DNA of 64,000 bases from Faecousia sp. Lineage in GTDB: Bacteria > Bacillota > Clostridia > Oscillospirales > Oscillospiraceae. Position numbers and translations under genes: made by a program. Below are positions 50,462-60,507 of the stretch, in pieces; position 1 is the stretch's first letter, and each line of letters starts with the position of its first letter. The notes under the pieces were generated by a model. The model searched no databases. It was not told where the DNA came from and worked only from the letters and a program-made list of their open reading frames with translations. The stretch spans positions 934 to 64,933 of the forward strand of contig JAZNIG010000060.1 of assembly GCA_045577355.1 (NCBI GenBank), read 5' to 3'.

Positions 50462-51319
50462 ATGGTTACTTTATACGAAGGAGCCTTTGCAAAGGTAAAC
50501 CTGACGCTGGATGTATTGGGGAAACGGGCGGACGGTTATCATAACCTGAAAAGTGTCATGCAGACAATTTCGATTCGCGATGATATTGAGATTGATCTGG
50601 ACACCGGAAAGCCCTGGTCCTTACTATGCACTAAGGAGGGGATTCCCACAGATGAACGTAATCTGGCGTGGAAAGCGGCAAGGGTGTATTTGGATGCAAT
50701 TGGCAAGGAACCCAACGGCCTGCAAATCCGTATAACGAAGCGGATTCCCTCTGAGGCAGGCTTGGGCGGAGGAAGCGCAGATGCGGGTGCGGTCCTGCGG
50801 GCGCTGAACAAACATTATGGGGAACCATTGTCGATCCTGGCGTTGGCAGAACTAGGCAGCATGGTTGGCAGCGATGTTCCGTTCTGCACCCTTTGCGGAA
50901 CAGCTATGGTTGAGGGCAGGGGAGAACGCTTGCGTAAGCTGCCAGATTTGCCGGACTGCTGTTTTGTGGTGTGTAAACCGCCTTTCTCATCGTCCACACC
51001 GGAACTATATCGGAAGCTGGATGAATCCGTCATTGCCAAACGACCGAACCATCAGGCAATGGAAAGCGCGCTGCTGGCTGGCGATCTTGGTGGAATTGCT
51101 GAGAATATTTGGAATGTATTTGATCCTGTAGTGACGCAGGAGCATTTGGAGCTGAACTACATTAAGTCTATTTTCAACAGCTACGGTTCTGTTGCGCAGC
51201 AGATGACCGGCTCTGGATCGGCTGTTTTTGGGATCGTACCGAATTTTGAGTTAGCAGCTGTAATCTGTAATATGCTGAAGGATAACTATCCGGAGGTTTA
51301 TATTGCCAAGCCTGTATAA
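50462..51319 (+). CDS. ispE: 4-diphosphocytidyl-2-C-methyl-D-erythritol kinase
   Basis: AKVNLTL...DGYH, KRIP..AGLGGGSADA, MTGSGS. Confidence 0.96.
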   Translation: MVTLYEGAFAKVNLTLDVLGKRADGYHNLKSVMQTISIRDDIEIDLDTGKPWSLLCTKEGIPTDERNLAWKAARVYLDAIGKEPNGLQIRITKRIPSEAGLGGGSADAGAVLRALNKHYGEPLSILALAELGSMVGSDVPFCTLCGTAMVEGRGERLRKLPDLPDCCFVVCKPPFSSSTPELYRKLDESVIAKRPNHQAMESALLAGDLGGIAENIWNVFDPVVTQEHLELNYIKSIFNSYGSVAQQMTGSGSAVFGIVPNFELAAVICNMLKDNYPEVYIAKPV

Positions 51320-51343
51320 TTTTGGAAAATACCGTCCATACTG
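51314..51343 (+). promoter_or_regulatory. SigF-like promoter of spoIIR
   Basis: GTATA-N15-GTCCATACTG; spoIIR is SigF-dependent in B. subtilis. Confidence 0.5.
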
Positions 51344-51372
51344 GAGTTATTTCAGTAAGGACGGTGTTTTTT

Positions 51373-51984
51373 ATGAAAAAGCTGATGAAATGGGTAATTA
51401 TACCGGTGCTGCTACTTACGATTTTGGGATTTGCAGAGCTGGCTTCGGATAAAATGTGCTTACATGATAATTTGATCCGTTTACATGTAGTTGCAAATTC
51501 GGACTCTGCAGAAGATCAGGCCCTTAAATTGCAGGTGAGAGATGCGATTGTTGACCGATTAGAACCGGCAATGCAGATCGTAGCAGATAAAGACCAGGCT
51601 TATGCGTACATTCTGCAGAATTTAAAGGAACTGGAGACTGTCGCAAACCAAGTGCTGCAGGAGCAGGGATCATTGGATCGGGCAACAGTTACATTGACCC
51701 AGGAGGAATTTAGTGTTCGGCATTATGACACTTTTTCTTTGCCATCAGGTATGTATAATTCCCTGCGCATTGAGATTGGAGAAGGATCCGGTCAGAATTG
51801 GTGGTGTGTTGTTTTCCCATCGCTGTGCCTGCCTGCTACTGTTGGTGATTTTCAGGATACGGCTGTATCAGCTGGTTTTCAAGAAGACCTAAGTAAAACA
51901 CTGACAAGAGAATCTGGATATGAGATTCGCTTTTTTCTTCTGGGTTGTCTCGGCTGGTTGGAAAATTTCTTTCATAAAGGGTAA
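51373..51984 (+). CDS. spoIIR: Stage II sporulation protein R
   Basis: IRLHVVANSDS..DQ.LKL.VRD, G.GQNWWCVVFPSLC. Confidence 0.95.
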   Translation: MKKLMKWVIIPVLLLTILGFAELASDKMCLHDNLIRLHVVANSDSAEDQALKLQVRDAIVDRLEPAMQIVADKDQAYAYILQNLKELETVANQVLQEQGSLDRATVTLTQEEFSVRHYDTFSLPSGMYNSLRIEIGEGSGQNWWCVVFPSLCLPATVGDFQDTAVSAGFQEDLSKTLTRESGYEIRFFLLGCLGWLENFFHKG

Positions 51985-52051
51985 TTTTTGCTCTGTTATT
52001 TAGCGGTTTTTTGTGCTATTATTTAATAAATTGGTGAATGGGGGCATGAGA

Positions 52052-55000
52052 ATGCTGACATTGCTTTTGGGCACGGATTGGATTGCCAACCGTGACGCGG
52101 TTTTGAAAATGATTGCACAGGATGTTTCAGAAGAAAAGGGCGGACGTATTCTGATTGTTCCGGAATTGATCAGCCATGATACAGAGCGGCGGCTCTGCGC
52201 TGCGGCAGGGGATACTGCCAGCCGTTTTGCAGAGGTATTGTCGTTTACTCGACTTGCAGGCAGAGTATTCGATGCGGCTGGACATGGTGCACAGGTTTGT
52301 CTGGATAATGGAGGAAGAGTCGTGGCAATGGCTGCCGCTGCACGACAGATGCACAGCAGATTAAAGGCGTATGCCTCTGTTGAGACACGACCTGAATTCC
52401 TTATAGGTCTTGTAGATGCTGTGGATGAATTTAAACGATGTTGTATAACTTATCAGGATCTTTTACGTGCAGCCAAGGAAACAGAGGGTAGTCTGGCACA
52501 GAAACTGGAAGAACTATCGTTATTGTTGGAAAGTTATGATGCGCTATGCCAACGGGGCAAGCGGGATCCAAGAGACCAGATGGTTTGGCTTTTAGAACAG
52601 TTAGAAGACAGTGATTTTGCGCAGCAGCATGTATTCTACATAGATGGGTTTCCCGATTTTACCCGTCAGCACGCGGCGATTTTAGAACACCTGATTATTA
52701 ATGCACAGCAGGTAGTTATCAGCATGAACTGTGATGCACTTGGTTCTGAGCTGCCCGGCTTCGAAAGGGCAGGTGCTACGGCCACAGAGTTGATCCGCTA
52801 TGCCAAAACTGCGGGTGTTCCAGTACAAATTAAGAAAATTCCTTCCCGCAATGTTCCGGTGCAGGGTGTACGGGAACACCTTTTTGGGGGGAAAACAGAA
52901 GTTCAAGGCCACCTTGCTCAGCGCCTTCGAGTGTATCAAACAGACACGGTATATGGAGAATGTCTTGCTGCAGCAGAGCAGATCATGACGCTGGTGCGTG
53001 GGGGCGCCCGTTACCGCGATATTAGCGTGGTTTGCACGGATATGGGAATCTATCGCAATACAGTGCGCATGGTATTTGGACGTTGCAAGATCCCTGTATA
53101 TCTATCCGGTACGGAAGATATTTTGGACCGTTCGGCAATTACCACTGTGCTTGCGGCAATGGATGCAGCACTGGGTGGCTTCGAACAGCGGGAGGTAATC
53201 CGCTATCTGAAATCCATGCTTTCTCCACTGGAATCGGAGATCTGTGACCGGTTGGAAAATTATGCTATACTGTGGAACATTAGTGGCAGCCGCTGGCTGA
53301 AGGAATGGACCAACCATCCGGAGGGACTGGGTGAAGAATGGTCAGAGGCATCCCGACAAGAGTTGGCAGAATTGAATACTGCCCGATCTACGTCGCTGGA
53401 ACCGCTGGCAGAACTGTATCAGAATTTTCGCGATGCAAAGAATGTGAAACAGCAGGTACATGCGCTCTATCGATTCTTGGATCGGATCCGATTGGCGGAA
53501 CGGCTTGCTCAACTTGCAGATAGTCTGGATGCAGCAGGAGATAATGCCAATGCCCAGATTTTGAATCAGCTTTGGGAGATCCTTTTGACAGCGTTGGAGC
53601 AGATGTATGATACTCTGGGAGAGACAGCCTGGGATCAAGAAACCTTTACAAGACTATTTAGGCTCCTGCTGAGTCAATATGACGTGGGTACCATCCCACC
53701 GGTGCTGGATTCTGTCATGGTTGGGCCAGTCAGCGCTATGCGATGTCAGCAGACAGAGCATCTGTTTGTGCTGGGAGCGCTGGAAGGGGCTTTGCCAGGC
53801 TACAGTGGAGCTGTCGGTGTTCTGACAGATCAGGAACGGGCAATACTGCGTCAAATGGGTGTGCCGCTGACCGGCGGTGCAATGGAAGGTCTGCAGGCAG
53901 CATTTTCAGAAATATACGGTGTGTTCTGCGGCGCACAGCAGACAGTTTGCATATCTTGCCCTGCTGGACAGCCATCTTTCATTTACCGACGCTTACGGGA
54001 TATGGCTGGCGGAGAACAGCCGGTTGATATATCATTGGGTGCCGCTCGGGCGGACAGAACGGAGGCCGGTGCGTTTTTGGTCAGTTGGAATGATCAGGAA
54101 GCTGCTGCTGAACTGGGGCTTCTGGATACATACATGCAGATTAATAACCGCAGAAATCACCATTTTGGCACAGTGGAAGCGGTTAACATTCAAAAGCTTT
54201 ATGGAGCCCGCCTAAACCTGTCCGCTTCTCAGGTAGATCGGTTGGCTGAATGTAGATTTTCTTACTTCATGAAGTATGGTCTGCGGGTAAAGGAACGTAA
54301 AAGCGCAAGCGTGGATCCTGCGGAATTTGGAACCTATGTGCATGCAGTGCTGGAACAGACCGGACGGGAGATTATGGAACTTGGGGGTTTTCGGCAGGTA
54401 ACCATGGAAACAACACTGGAAATTGCCAGAAAACATTCTCACGCGTATGCACAGGCCCGTTTCAGCGAGCTGGACTCCGAGCGGCTTAGCTATCTGTTCC
54501 GTAGAAATGGTCAGGAACTGGAAATGGTAGTACAGGAACTGTGGCAGGAGCTGCAGGATTCCCGGTTTGTACCTGTAGACTTTGAGGTGGCCTTTGGGAG
54601 CGGTGGCTTGATGGATGCTATCTCCATTGCCGGACATCAAATGGATGCACAGCTCCGGGGATTTGTAGACCGGGTAGATGTGTGCCAGATAGATGGACGC
54701 ATTTTCTTTCGGGTAGTAGATTATAAGACTGGTCAAAAGGATTTTGATTACTGTGATATTTTCAATGGGTTAGGGCTGCAAATGCTTCTTTATCTGTTCG
54801 CATTACAGGATGGAGGACTGCCTTTACTAGGAGATGCACCAGTCCCTGCAGGCGTCCAATACTTTCCTGCCAGAGCACCCATGGTATCGGCGGACGGAGT
54901 ATTGACCCAGGAGGAAGCTGCAGCTGCCAGGGAAAAGGTCTGGAAGCGTAAAGGCTTACTGCTCCTGGATGAAGATGTGCTGAATGCTATGGAGCCGAAT

Positions 55001-55312
55001 GAGAAGCCCAAACGGCTTAATTATACCAGAAGAAAAGATGGGAGCATTTGCGGAGATGTTGCGGATAGTGCGCAGTTTATGCTTCTGAAAGCATATGTAT
55101 TTTGCTTACTGGGTAAAATGGTGGATCAAATTGCTTCAGGCTGTGTGGAGCCCAATCCTTACACACGGGGGACTAGCCATGATGCCTGTGCGTTTTGCCC
55201 CTATGGCGCGGTGTGTCATCAAGCATCTGTAGAGGGGCGTAGAAATTATAAGGCAATGTCCGCACAACAGTTTTGGGAAGAAATCGGAAAGGAGATGAAG
55301 AAGCGTGGCTGA
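52052..55312 (+). CDS. addB: ATP-dependent helicase/nuclease subunit B
   Basis: IVPE, DGF.DF, LSAS...C.F, GFVDRVD, DYKTG, QMLLY, CAFCPY..VC; start uncertain (52046/52052). Confidence 0.9.
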   Translation: MLTLLLGTDWIANRDAVLKMIAQDVSEEKGGRILIVPELISHDTERRLCAAAGDTASRFAEVLSFTRLAGRVFDAAGHGAQVCLDNGGRVVAMAAAARQMHSRLKAYASVETRPEFLIGLVDAVDEFKRCCITYQDLLRAAKETEGSLAQKLEELSLLLESYDALCQRGKRDPRDQMVWLLEQLEDSDFAQQHVFYIDGFPDFTRQHAAILEHLIINAQQVVISMNCDALGSELPGFERAGATATELIRYAKTAGVPVQIKKIPSRNVPVQGVREHLFGGKTEVQGHLAQRLRVYQTDTVYGECLAAAEQIMTLVRGGARYRDISVVCTDMGIYRNTVRMVFGRCKIPVYLSGTEDILDRSAITTVLAAMDAALGGFEQREVIRYLKSMLSPLESEICDRLENYAILWNISGSRWLKEWTNHPEGLGEEWSEASRQELAELNTARSTSLEPLAELYQNFRDAKNVKQQVHALYRFLDRIRLAERLAQLADSLDAAGDNANAQILNQLWEILLTALEQMYDTLGETAWDQETFTRLFRLLLSQYDVGTIPPVLDSVMVGPVSAMRCQQTEHLFVLGALEGALPGYSGAVGVLTDQERAILRQMGVPLTGGAMEGLQAAFSEIYGVFCGAQQTVCISCPAGQPSFIYRRLRDMAGGEQPVDISLGAARADRTEAGAFLVSWNDQEAAAELGLLDTYMQINNRRNHHFGTVEAVNIQKLYGARLNLSASQVDRLAECRFSYFMKYGLRVKERKSASVDPAEFGTYVHAVLEQTGREIMELGGFRQVTMETTLEIARKHSHAYAQARFSELDSERLSYLFRRNGQELEMVVQELWQELQDSRFVPVDFEVAFGSGGLMDAISIAGHQMDAQLRGFVDRVDVCQIDGRIFFRVVDYKTGQKDFDYCDIFNGLGLQMLLYLFALQDGGLPLLGDAPVPAGVQYFPARAPMVSADGVLTQEEAAAAREKVWKRKGLLLLDEDVLNAMEPNEKPKRLNYTRRKDGSICGDVADSAQFMLLKAYVFCLLGKMVDQIASGCVEPNPYTRGTSHDACAFCPYGAVCHQASVEGRRNYKAMSAQQFWEEIGKEMKKRG

Positions 55313-58300
55313 AAAATTGACCACGGAGCAGCGACAGGCTGTTATAGACCGCGGCGGCAAGCTTCTTGTTTCCGCAGCGGCTGGTTCCGGAAAGACAAAA
55401 GTATTGGTAGAACGGCTGCTGGGCTATCTGACAGATCCCAGTGGCCCCGCTGACCTGAATAGCTTTCTGATTATCACATATACCAAGGCCGCGGCCGCAG
55501 AATTGCGGGGGAAGATTGGGACAAGGCTCTCGGAGAAGATTGCAGAAAATCCTGAAAACAGGCATTTGCAACAACAGATGCAGCGCCTGTGTCTGACAAA
55601 GATATCTACCGTCCATTCCTTTTGTGCGGATATTTTGCGGGAGTATGCGTATCAATTGGATATTCCGGCAGACTTTCGTGTGGCGGATGAAAGTGAGTGT
55701 CAGGAATTGCAAAAGCGGGTCATGGAGCGTATTTTGGATAGTGCCTATGAAAATGTGGGGCATAACCCGGACTTTAGAGCATTTATCGATACACAAGGCT
55801 TGGGTAGAGATGACCGGCAGATACCGCTAATTCTTTTGAAGGTATATCACAGTGCCAAATGTCATCTGGACCCCAATCAATGGCTATCCTGGTGTGAAAG
55901 CGCTTCAGATGTACGGGACTTGACGGATGCATCGCAGACGATTTGGGGAGCTTATTTGATAGAGGATCTACATCGGTATTTGGATCTGTATATGGACGCA
56001 CTGAAGCGGTGCAGCTTGCGGGCTGCACAGACTGATGGGATGAAAAAAACTGCCGCACTGCTGGAAAAAACAGTTGCACAACTTCTCTGGCTACGTGAAA
56101 GTCGGACCTGGGATGAGGTAGTAGCCCGGAAAGAAATTGATTTTGGAAGGCTGGTTTTTCCTAAGAATTGCACGAACTTGGGTCTTGCTGAGCAGATCAA
56201 AGCAGTTCGCGGGGCCTGTAAAAAGGGTCTGGAGAAAAAGCTGCGTAGCTTTACTGATGGAAGTGAGCAGATACTGAGTGACTTGGAGAACACCTGTACT
56301 GCTGTACGCGGACTTATTACGCTGGTCAAACTGTTTGAAAAGGAATATGATAAGCTCAAGAAGAGCCGTCGGATTTTGGATTTTGCGGATTTGGAGCACA
56401 AGACTCTGGACCTGCTGCTGGGAAAACACCGCACAGGACCCACTGCTGTAGCAGGCGAAATCGGGGGACGATTTCGTGAGATTATGGTGGATGAGTATCA
56501 GGACTCCAATGGAGTACAGGACGCAATCTTCTCCGCATTGACCGCCCGTCGGCAGAATTGCTTTATGGTGGGGGATGTGAAACAATCCATCTATCAGTTT
56601 AGATTAGCAGATCCAGGGATATTCATTGAAAAGTATAATGCTTTTTTACCGGCAGATTTGGCATGCGTAGGCCAGGGGAGAAAGGTTCTCCTTAGCAGCA
56701 ATTTCCGTTCTGGGTATGAAGTAATCCATGCTGTCAATGATGTATTCACGAACTGTATGTCGGCCCAGGTAGGCGGTCTGGACTATGGTGAGGAGGAAAA
56801 GCTAAAGGAAGGGATCCCCCATATTACGCTAAGTGAACGGGCGATTGAACTGTACGGTGTCCAGGTGCGTGAGGATACCTATGCTGAGGAGGCTGCTTTT
56901 ACAGCAGAGCGGATTGCGCAGCTTCTGGATGGTACACATATGATTAGAAACGGTGATGTGCTCAGACCTATTGTGCCGGAGGATATCGTAATTTTGCTCC
57001 GTTCGCCCGGATCTGTTGGGGGAGAATTTTGTTATGCACTGGAGCAAAGAGGGATCCCCTGCATTACTGGAGGCAGCGTAGATTTGCTTCAGACAGAGGA
57101 AGTCAGTATACTCAGAGCCTTGCTGCAGGTTATCAACAATCCCCTTCACGATATACCGTTGGTTGCGGTGCTTATGAGCCGTGTGTTTGGATTCACAGCC
57201 AATGATATGACAGAACTTCGGTCCCATGATCGCCGCTGCAGCATTTACAGTGTGCTTCGCACATCTGAGAAGGCAAGTGAATTCTGTTCCATTCTGGAGC
57301 AGTTGCGCAGGGATGCAAAAATGTCTCATCTTCCACAGTTGTTGGAAAAGATTTTTTTGCTTACTAGAATTGACAGCATCTTCTCCGCGATGCCAGATGG
57401 AAAGGAACGTGTGGCGAACCTACAGGCTTTCTGCCAGCTGGTATCGGATTTTGATGCTAGGGGCACTAGAGGCCTAGGTCAGTTTTTGGAGCATTTGGAG
57501 GCAATACAGGAGCGTGGAGCAAGCCTTGCAGGTGAAGCGCAGCAGGCAGGCTGCGTGACAATCATGAGTATCCACAAGTCCAAGGGATTGGAGTTTCCTG
57601 TGGTATTTTTGTGCGGACTTTCCCGCAGTTTTAATCAGGAAAGCGTTCGGGATCAGGTGTTGTGTGACCGGGAACTTGGTCTGGGACTGAACTGTGTCGA
57701 TACAATGCAGCGAATCCGCTACCCATCTATCGCCAAACGGGCTATTGCCGCAAAGATCCTGTCTGACAGCATTAGTGAAGAAATGCGTGTGCTGTATGTT
57801 GCCATGACGCGTGCCAGGGACCGGCTGATCATGTCCTATGCAGCAAGAAATCTGGAAGCAGAACTGCAGGATATTGCCTTGCGTATGGATTTGAGTGACA
57901 AAGCGTTGATGACAGGGGAAGTGGATTGCCCAGGAGCTTGGGTGCTGCAGACTGCTATGAAGAGGACGGAGGCCGGCGCGTTTTTTGATTTAGGCGGTCG
58001 ACCGGATGTTGTCGGCTATAAGGAACCGCCCTGGGTAATTCAAGTGGTAGAAGCATCTGAAGCTGTCTGCACAGATATGGAAAGCCCTCATCGGCAGGAA
58101 TCCCTGAGGCCGGAGGTAATTACAAGATTAAAGAACGACTTATCCTTTACCTATGCACATAGTGCGGCAATGCTGACGCCTTCCAAGCAGACAGCTACGC
58201 AATTAAAGGGCCGTATGAAGGATCAGGAGGCAGCCGAGAATACAGCACAGAAAACGCCACGAAGATTTCGGAAGCCCTCCTTTGTACAAGTACAGCATCA

Positions 58301-58808
58301 AGGTGTGGAGTATGGGAGTGTAATGCATGCTGTTATGCAGCACATCTGTTATGAAGCCTGTGATGATGTAGATGGGGTTCGGCGCGAAGTGATGCGTTTA
58401 GTCCGAAACCGCCTGATCTCCGAGGAACAGGCGAATATGGTGTCTTGCGATCAGATTGCGGCTTTTTTTGCCACAAAGTTGGGATATTTGCTGCGCAGCA
58501 GCCGGGATGTGTTCCGTGAGTTTAAGTTTTCCATTTTGAATGACGGATCCTATTATGTACCCGGTATGAAGGGGGAGAAGGTGCTGCTGCAGGGTGTTGT
58601 GGATTGTGCGCTCATGGAATCCGACGGAATCACAGTAATCGATTTCAAAACAGATTATGTAACAGAGGAAACGCTTCCTCAGGTGGCTGAGCGTTACCGT
58701 GTTCAGGTCATGGCTTATGCGGACGCATTAGAGCGCATTTATCGCAGACCGATAAAGTCTGCACTGCTATATTTTTTCCATATAAATCGGTTTGTTTCCA
58801 TGCAATAA
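55305..58808 (+). CDS. addA: ATP-dependent helicase/nuclease subunit A
   Basis: AAAGSGKT, DEYQD, GDVKQSIY.FR, SIHKSKGLEF, YVAMTRA, QGVVD..DFKT. Confidence 0.96.
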   Translation: MAEKLTTEQRQAVIDRGGKLLVSAAAGSGKTKVLVERLLGYLTDPSGPADLNSFLIITYTKAAAAELRGKIGTRLSEKIAENPENRHLQQQMQRLCLTKISTVHSFCADILREYAYQLDIPADFRVADESECQELQKRVMERILDSAYENVGHNPDFRAFIDTQGLGRDDRQIPLILLKVYHSAKCHLDPNQWLSWCESASDVRDLTDASQTIWGAYLIEDLHRYLDLYMDALKRCSLRAAQTDGMKKTAALLEKTVAQLLWLRESRTWDEVVARKEIDFGRLVFPKNCTNLGLAEQIKAVRGACKKGLEKKLRSFTDGSEQILSDLENTCTAVRGLITLVKLFEKEYDKLKKSRRILDFADLEHKTLDLLLGKHRTGPTAVAGEIGGRFREIMVDEYQDSNGVQDAIFSALTARRQNCFMVGDVKQSIYQFRLADPGIFIEKYNAFLPADLACVGQGRKVLLSSNFRSGYEVIHAVNDVFTNCMSAQVGGLDYGEEEKLKEGIPHITLSERAIELYGVQVREDTYAEEAAFTAERIAQLLDGTHMIRNGDVLRPIVPEDIVILLRSPGSVGGEFCYALEQRGIPCITGGSVDLLQTEEVSILRALLQVINNPLHDIPLVAVLMSRVFGFTANDMTELRSHDRRCSIYSVLRTSEKASEFCSILEQLRRDAKMSHLPQLLEKIFLLTRIDSIFSAMPDGKERVANLQAFCQLVSDFDARGTRGLGQFLEHLEAIQERGASLAGEAQQAGCVTIMSIHKSKGLEFPVVFLCGLSRSFNQESVRDQVLCDRELGLGLNCVDTMQRIRYPSIAKRAIAAKILSDSISEEMRVLYVAMTRARDRLIMSYAARNLEAELQDIALRMDLSDKALMTGEVDCPGAWVLQTAMKRTEAGAFFDLGGRPDVVGYKEPPWVIQVVEASEAVCTDMESPHRQESLRPEVITRLKNDLSFTYAHSAAMLTPSKQTATQLKGRMKDQEAAENTAQKTPRRFRKPSFVQVQHQGVEYGSVMHAVMQHICYEACDDVDGVRREVMRLVRNRLISEEQANMVSCDQIAAFFATKLGYLLRSSRDVFREFKFSILNDGSYYVPGMKGEKVLLQGVVDCALMESDGITVIDFKTDYVTEETLPQVAERYRVQVMAYADALERIYRRPIKSALLYFFHINRFVSMQ

Positions 58809-58815
58809 CACAAGC

Positions 58816-58856
58816 TCCGCCGAAGGGGGAATTCTCCCTTCGGCGGAACAGTTTTT
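58816..58856. terminator. Bidirectional terminator between addA and NQ peptide gene
   Basis: TCCGCCGAAGGG/CCCTTCGGCGGA stem. Confidence 0.75.
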
Positions 58857-58971
58857 AGCGGCTGTTTCTGTTCTGATTCTGATTCTGATTCTGATTCTGA
58901 TTCTGATTCTGGTTCTGGTTCTGATTCTGGTTCTGGTTCTGGTTCTGGTTGGTTTTGTTCTGGTTATTCAT
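58855..58971 (-). CDS. 38-aa Asn/Gln-repeat peptide MNNQNKT(NQ)13NRNSR
   Basis: GGAGG 8 nt upstream; hexamer repeat varies only at the synonymous AAC/AAT position; terminator follows. Confidence 0.75.
   Translation of the reverse strand: MNNQNKTNQNQNQNQNQNQNQNQNQNQNQNQNQNRNSR
58870..58950. repeat. Hexamer tandem repeat (TTCTGR)n
   Basis: 13 consecutive CTGATT/CTGGTT units. Confidence 0.95.
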
Positions 58972-59031
58972 AATTAATTCCTCCATATTTCTTCTTTGCG
59001 GCGATACCGCTATCCTAGTTTACCCCGATTC

Positions 59032-59388
59032 CTAGGATTTATCCTTTGCCTTAAATATCAGACTTGCCAGAAGTCCTGCTGTAATGGCTGCTGTGATGCC
59101 GCCAGCAGTAGCCTTCAGCCCTCCGGTCAGTACGCCAAGAAATCCGTCTTCAGCAATTGCTTCTTTTACACCCTTTGCCAGATTATAGCCAAAGCCGGTC
59201 AACGGTACTGTAGCACCAGCACCAGAAAATTCAACAAGGGGCTCATAAACACCAATAGCACCCAGAAAAACACCGATCACAACATAGCTAACCAAAATTC
59301 GTGCCGGTGTCAGCTTAGTCTTATCGATCAGAAGCTGTCCAATGAGGCAAAATAAACCGCCAACAAAAAAAGCTTTTACGAAATCCAT
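59032..59388 (-). CDS. spoVAE: Stage V sporulation protein AE (SpoVAEb)
   Basis: AFFVGGLFCLIGQLLID.TKLTPARILV, GAGATVPLTGFG. Confidence 0.95.
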   Translation of the reverse strand: MDFVKAFFVGGLFCLIGQLLIDKTKLTPARILVSYVVIGVFLGAIGVYEPLVEFSGAGATVPLTGFGYNLAKGVKEAIAEDGFLGVLTGGLKATAGGITAAITAGLLASLIFKAKDKS

Positions 59389-60407
59389 TATTTCTGTCCT
59401 CCCACAATTGAAACTGCATGGCATACTCCGGGGATCGGTAGTCCTTGCTGTGTGGAAGTAGGGGAGAGTAAGGCACCGGTTCCGCAAAACAGAATACGCT
59501 TTAGTTTTCCTGTCTTAAGCTTGTCCAATAAATAACCGCAAAGGGTGATGGCACTGCAGCCACAGCCGGAGCCACCTGCGTGCACATCCTGTTTAAGCAC
59601 ATCAAATACAAGAGTGCCGCAGTCTGCAAGTTTGCCACCCAGATTTAGACCTTCTCCCTGTGCCATAGACAGAAGCACTTCCTTACCAAGCAAACCAAGG
59701 TCACCAGTGACGATTAAATCATAATCTGAAGAATTGACTCCGAGATCCTGAAAATGTGCCTTGATGGTTGACAAAGCGGCAGGAGCCATTGCAGCACCCA
59801 TGTTGTTAGCATCTTTAATGCCCAGATCTGTTACAGTGCCGATCGTGCAGGCGGTAATTTTGGGTCCAGTGCCGCTGCTGGATACAAGGGCTGCGCCAGA
59901 ACCGGTGACAGTCCACTGAGCGGTAGGAGTGCGCTGTCCGCCATAACCCAGTGGGAAGCGGTACTGCCGCTCAGAAGAGGCGAAATGGGAAGAGGTCATG
60001 GCGACCACATTGTCAGAAAAACCACCGCCCACAGCCATGGATGCCATTAGAAGGCTTTCAGCCATGGTAGAGCAAGCTCCATACAGACCCAAATGGGGGA
60101 TGCCGGCGTTTCTTAAAGTAAAGGAGGAACCGATGCACTGATTGAGTAAATCTCCCGAGAAGACCAAACCAAAGTCCTGCTGTCGCATGTTGGATTTCTT
60201 CGCAAGGGTTTTCAGTGCCAATGCCTGCATTTGCTTTTCTGCTTGCTCCCAGGTTTTTTGTCCAAAATAGGAATCTTTCTGTATTACATCAAAGCTATTA
60301 CTGAGTGGACCTTCAGATTCTTTTTTTCCTGCAATGCTAGCCCAAGCAGTTATTACCGGTGGATTATCCAGAATAAAGCTTTGCTTGCCGCACTTCTTAT
60401 TTGCCAT
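59388..60407 (-). CDS. spoVAD: Stage V sporulation protein AD
   Basis: GDLLNQ, GACSTMAE, ERQYRFPL.YG.QR, GGSGCGCS, TGALLSP. Confidence 0.96.
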   Translation of the reverse strand: MANKKCGKQSFILDNPPVITAWASIAGKKESEGPLSNSFDVIQKDSYFGQKTWEQAEKQMQALALKTLAKKSNMRQQDFGLVFSGDLLNQCIGSSFTLRNAGIPHLGLYGACSTMAESLLMASMAVGGGFSDNVVAMTSSHFASSERQYRFPLGYGGQRTPTAQWTVTGSGAALVSSSGTGPKITACTIGTVTDLGIKDANNMGAAMAPAALSTIKAHFQDLGVNSSDYDLIVTGDLGLLGKEVLLSMAQGEGLNLGGKLADCGTLVFDVLKQDVHAGGSGCGCSAITLCGYLLDKLKTGKLKRILFCGTGALLSPTSTQQGLPIPGVCHAVSIVGGQK

Positions 60408-60431
60408 TATTTCACCTTCTCATTTTTTTGC

Positions 60432-60460
60432 TAGTATGTGCAGGCGTAAATACATTATTA
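60432..60460 (-). promoter_or_regulatory. SigG promoter of spoVAD-spoVAE
   Basis: Minus strand TAATA-N17-CATACTA. Confidence 0.65.
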
Positions 60461-60469
60461 CGTGAAAAT

Positions 60470-60504
60470 AAAATCCCACTGTTCATGATGAACAATGGGA
60501 TTTT
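60470..60504 (-). terminator. Terminator of deacetylase-like gene
   Basis: AAAATCCCAxTGTTCA/TGAACAxTGGGATTTT. Confidence 0.6.
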
Positions 60505-60507
60505 GAT

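Noticed and set aside
58792-58977. Plus-strand poly-(IL/VL) hydrophobic ORF
   Set aside because: Starts inside addA, crosses the terminator and has no RBS; the minus-strand NQ frame has an RBS and synonymous-only variation
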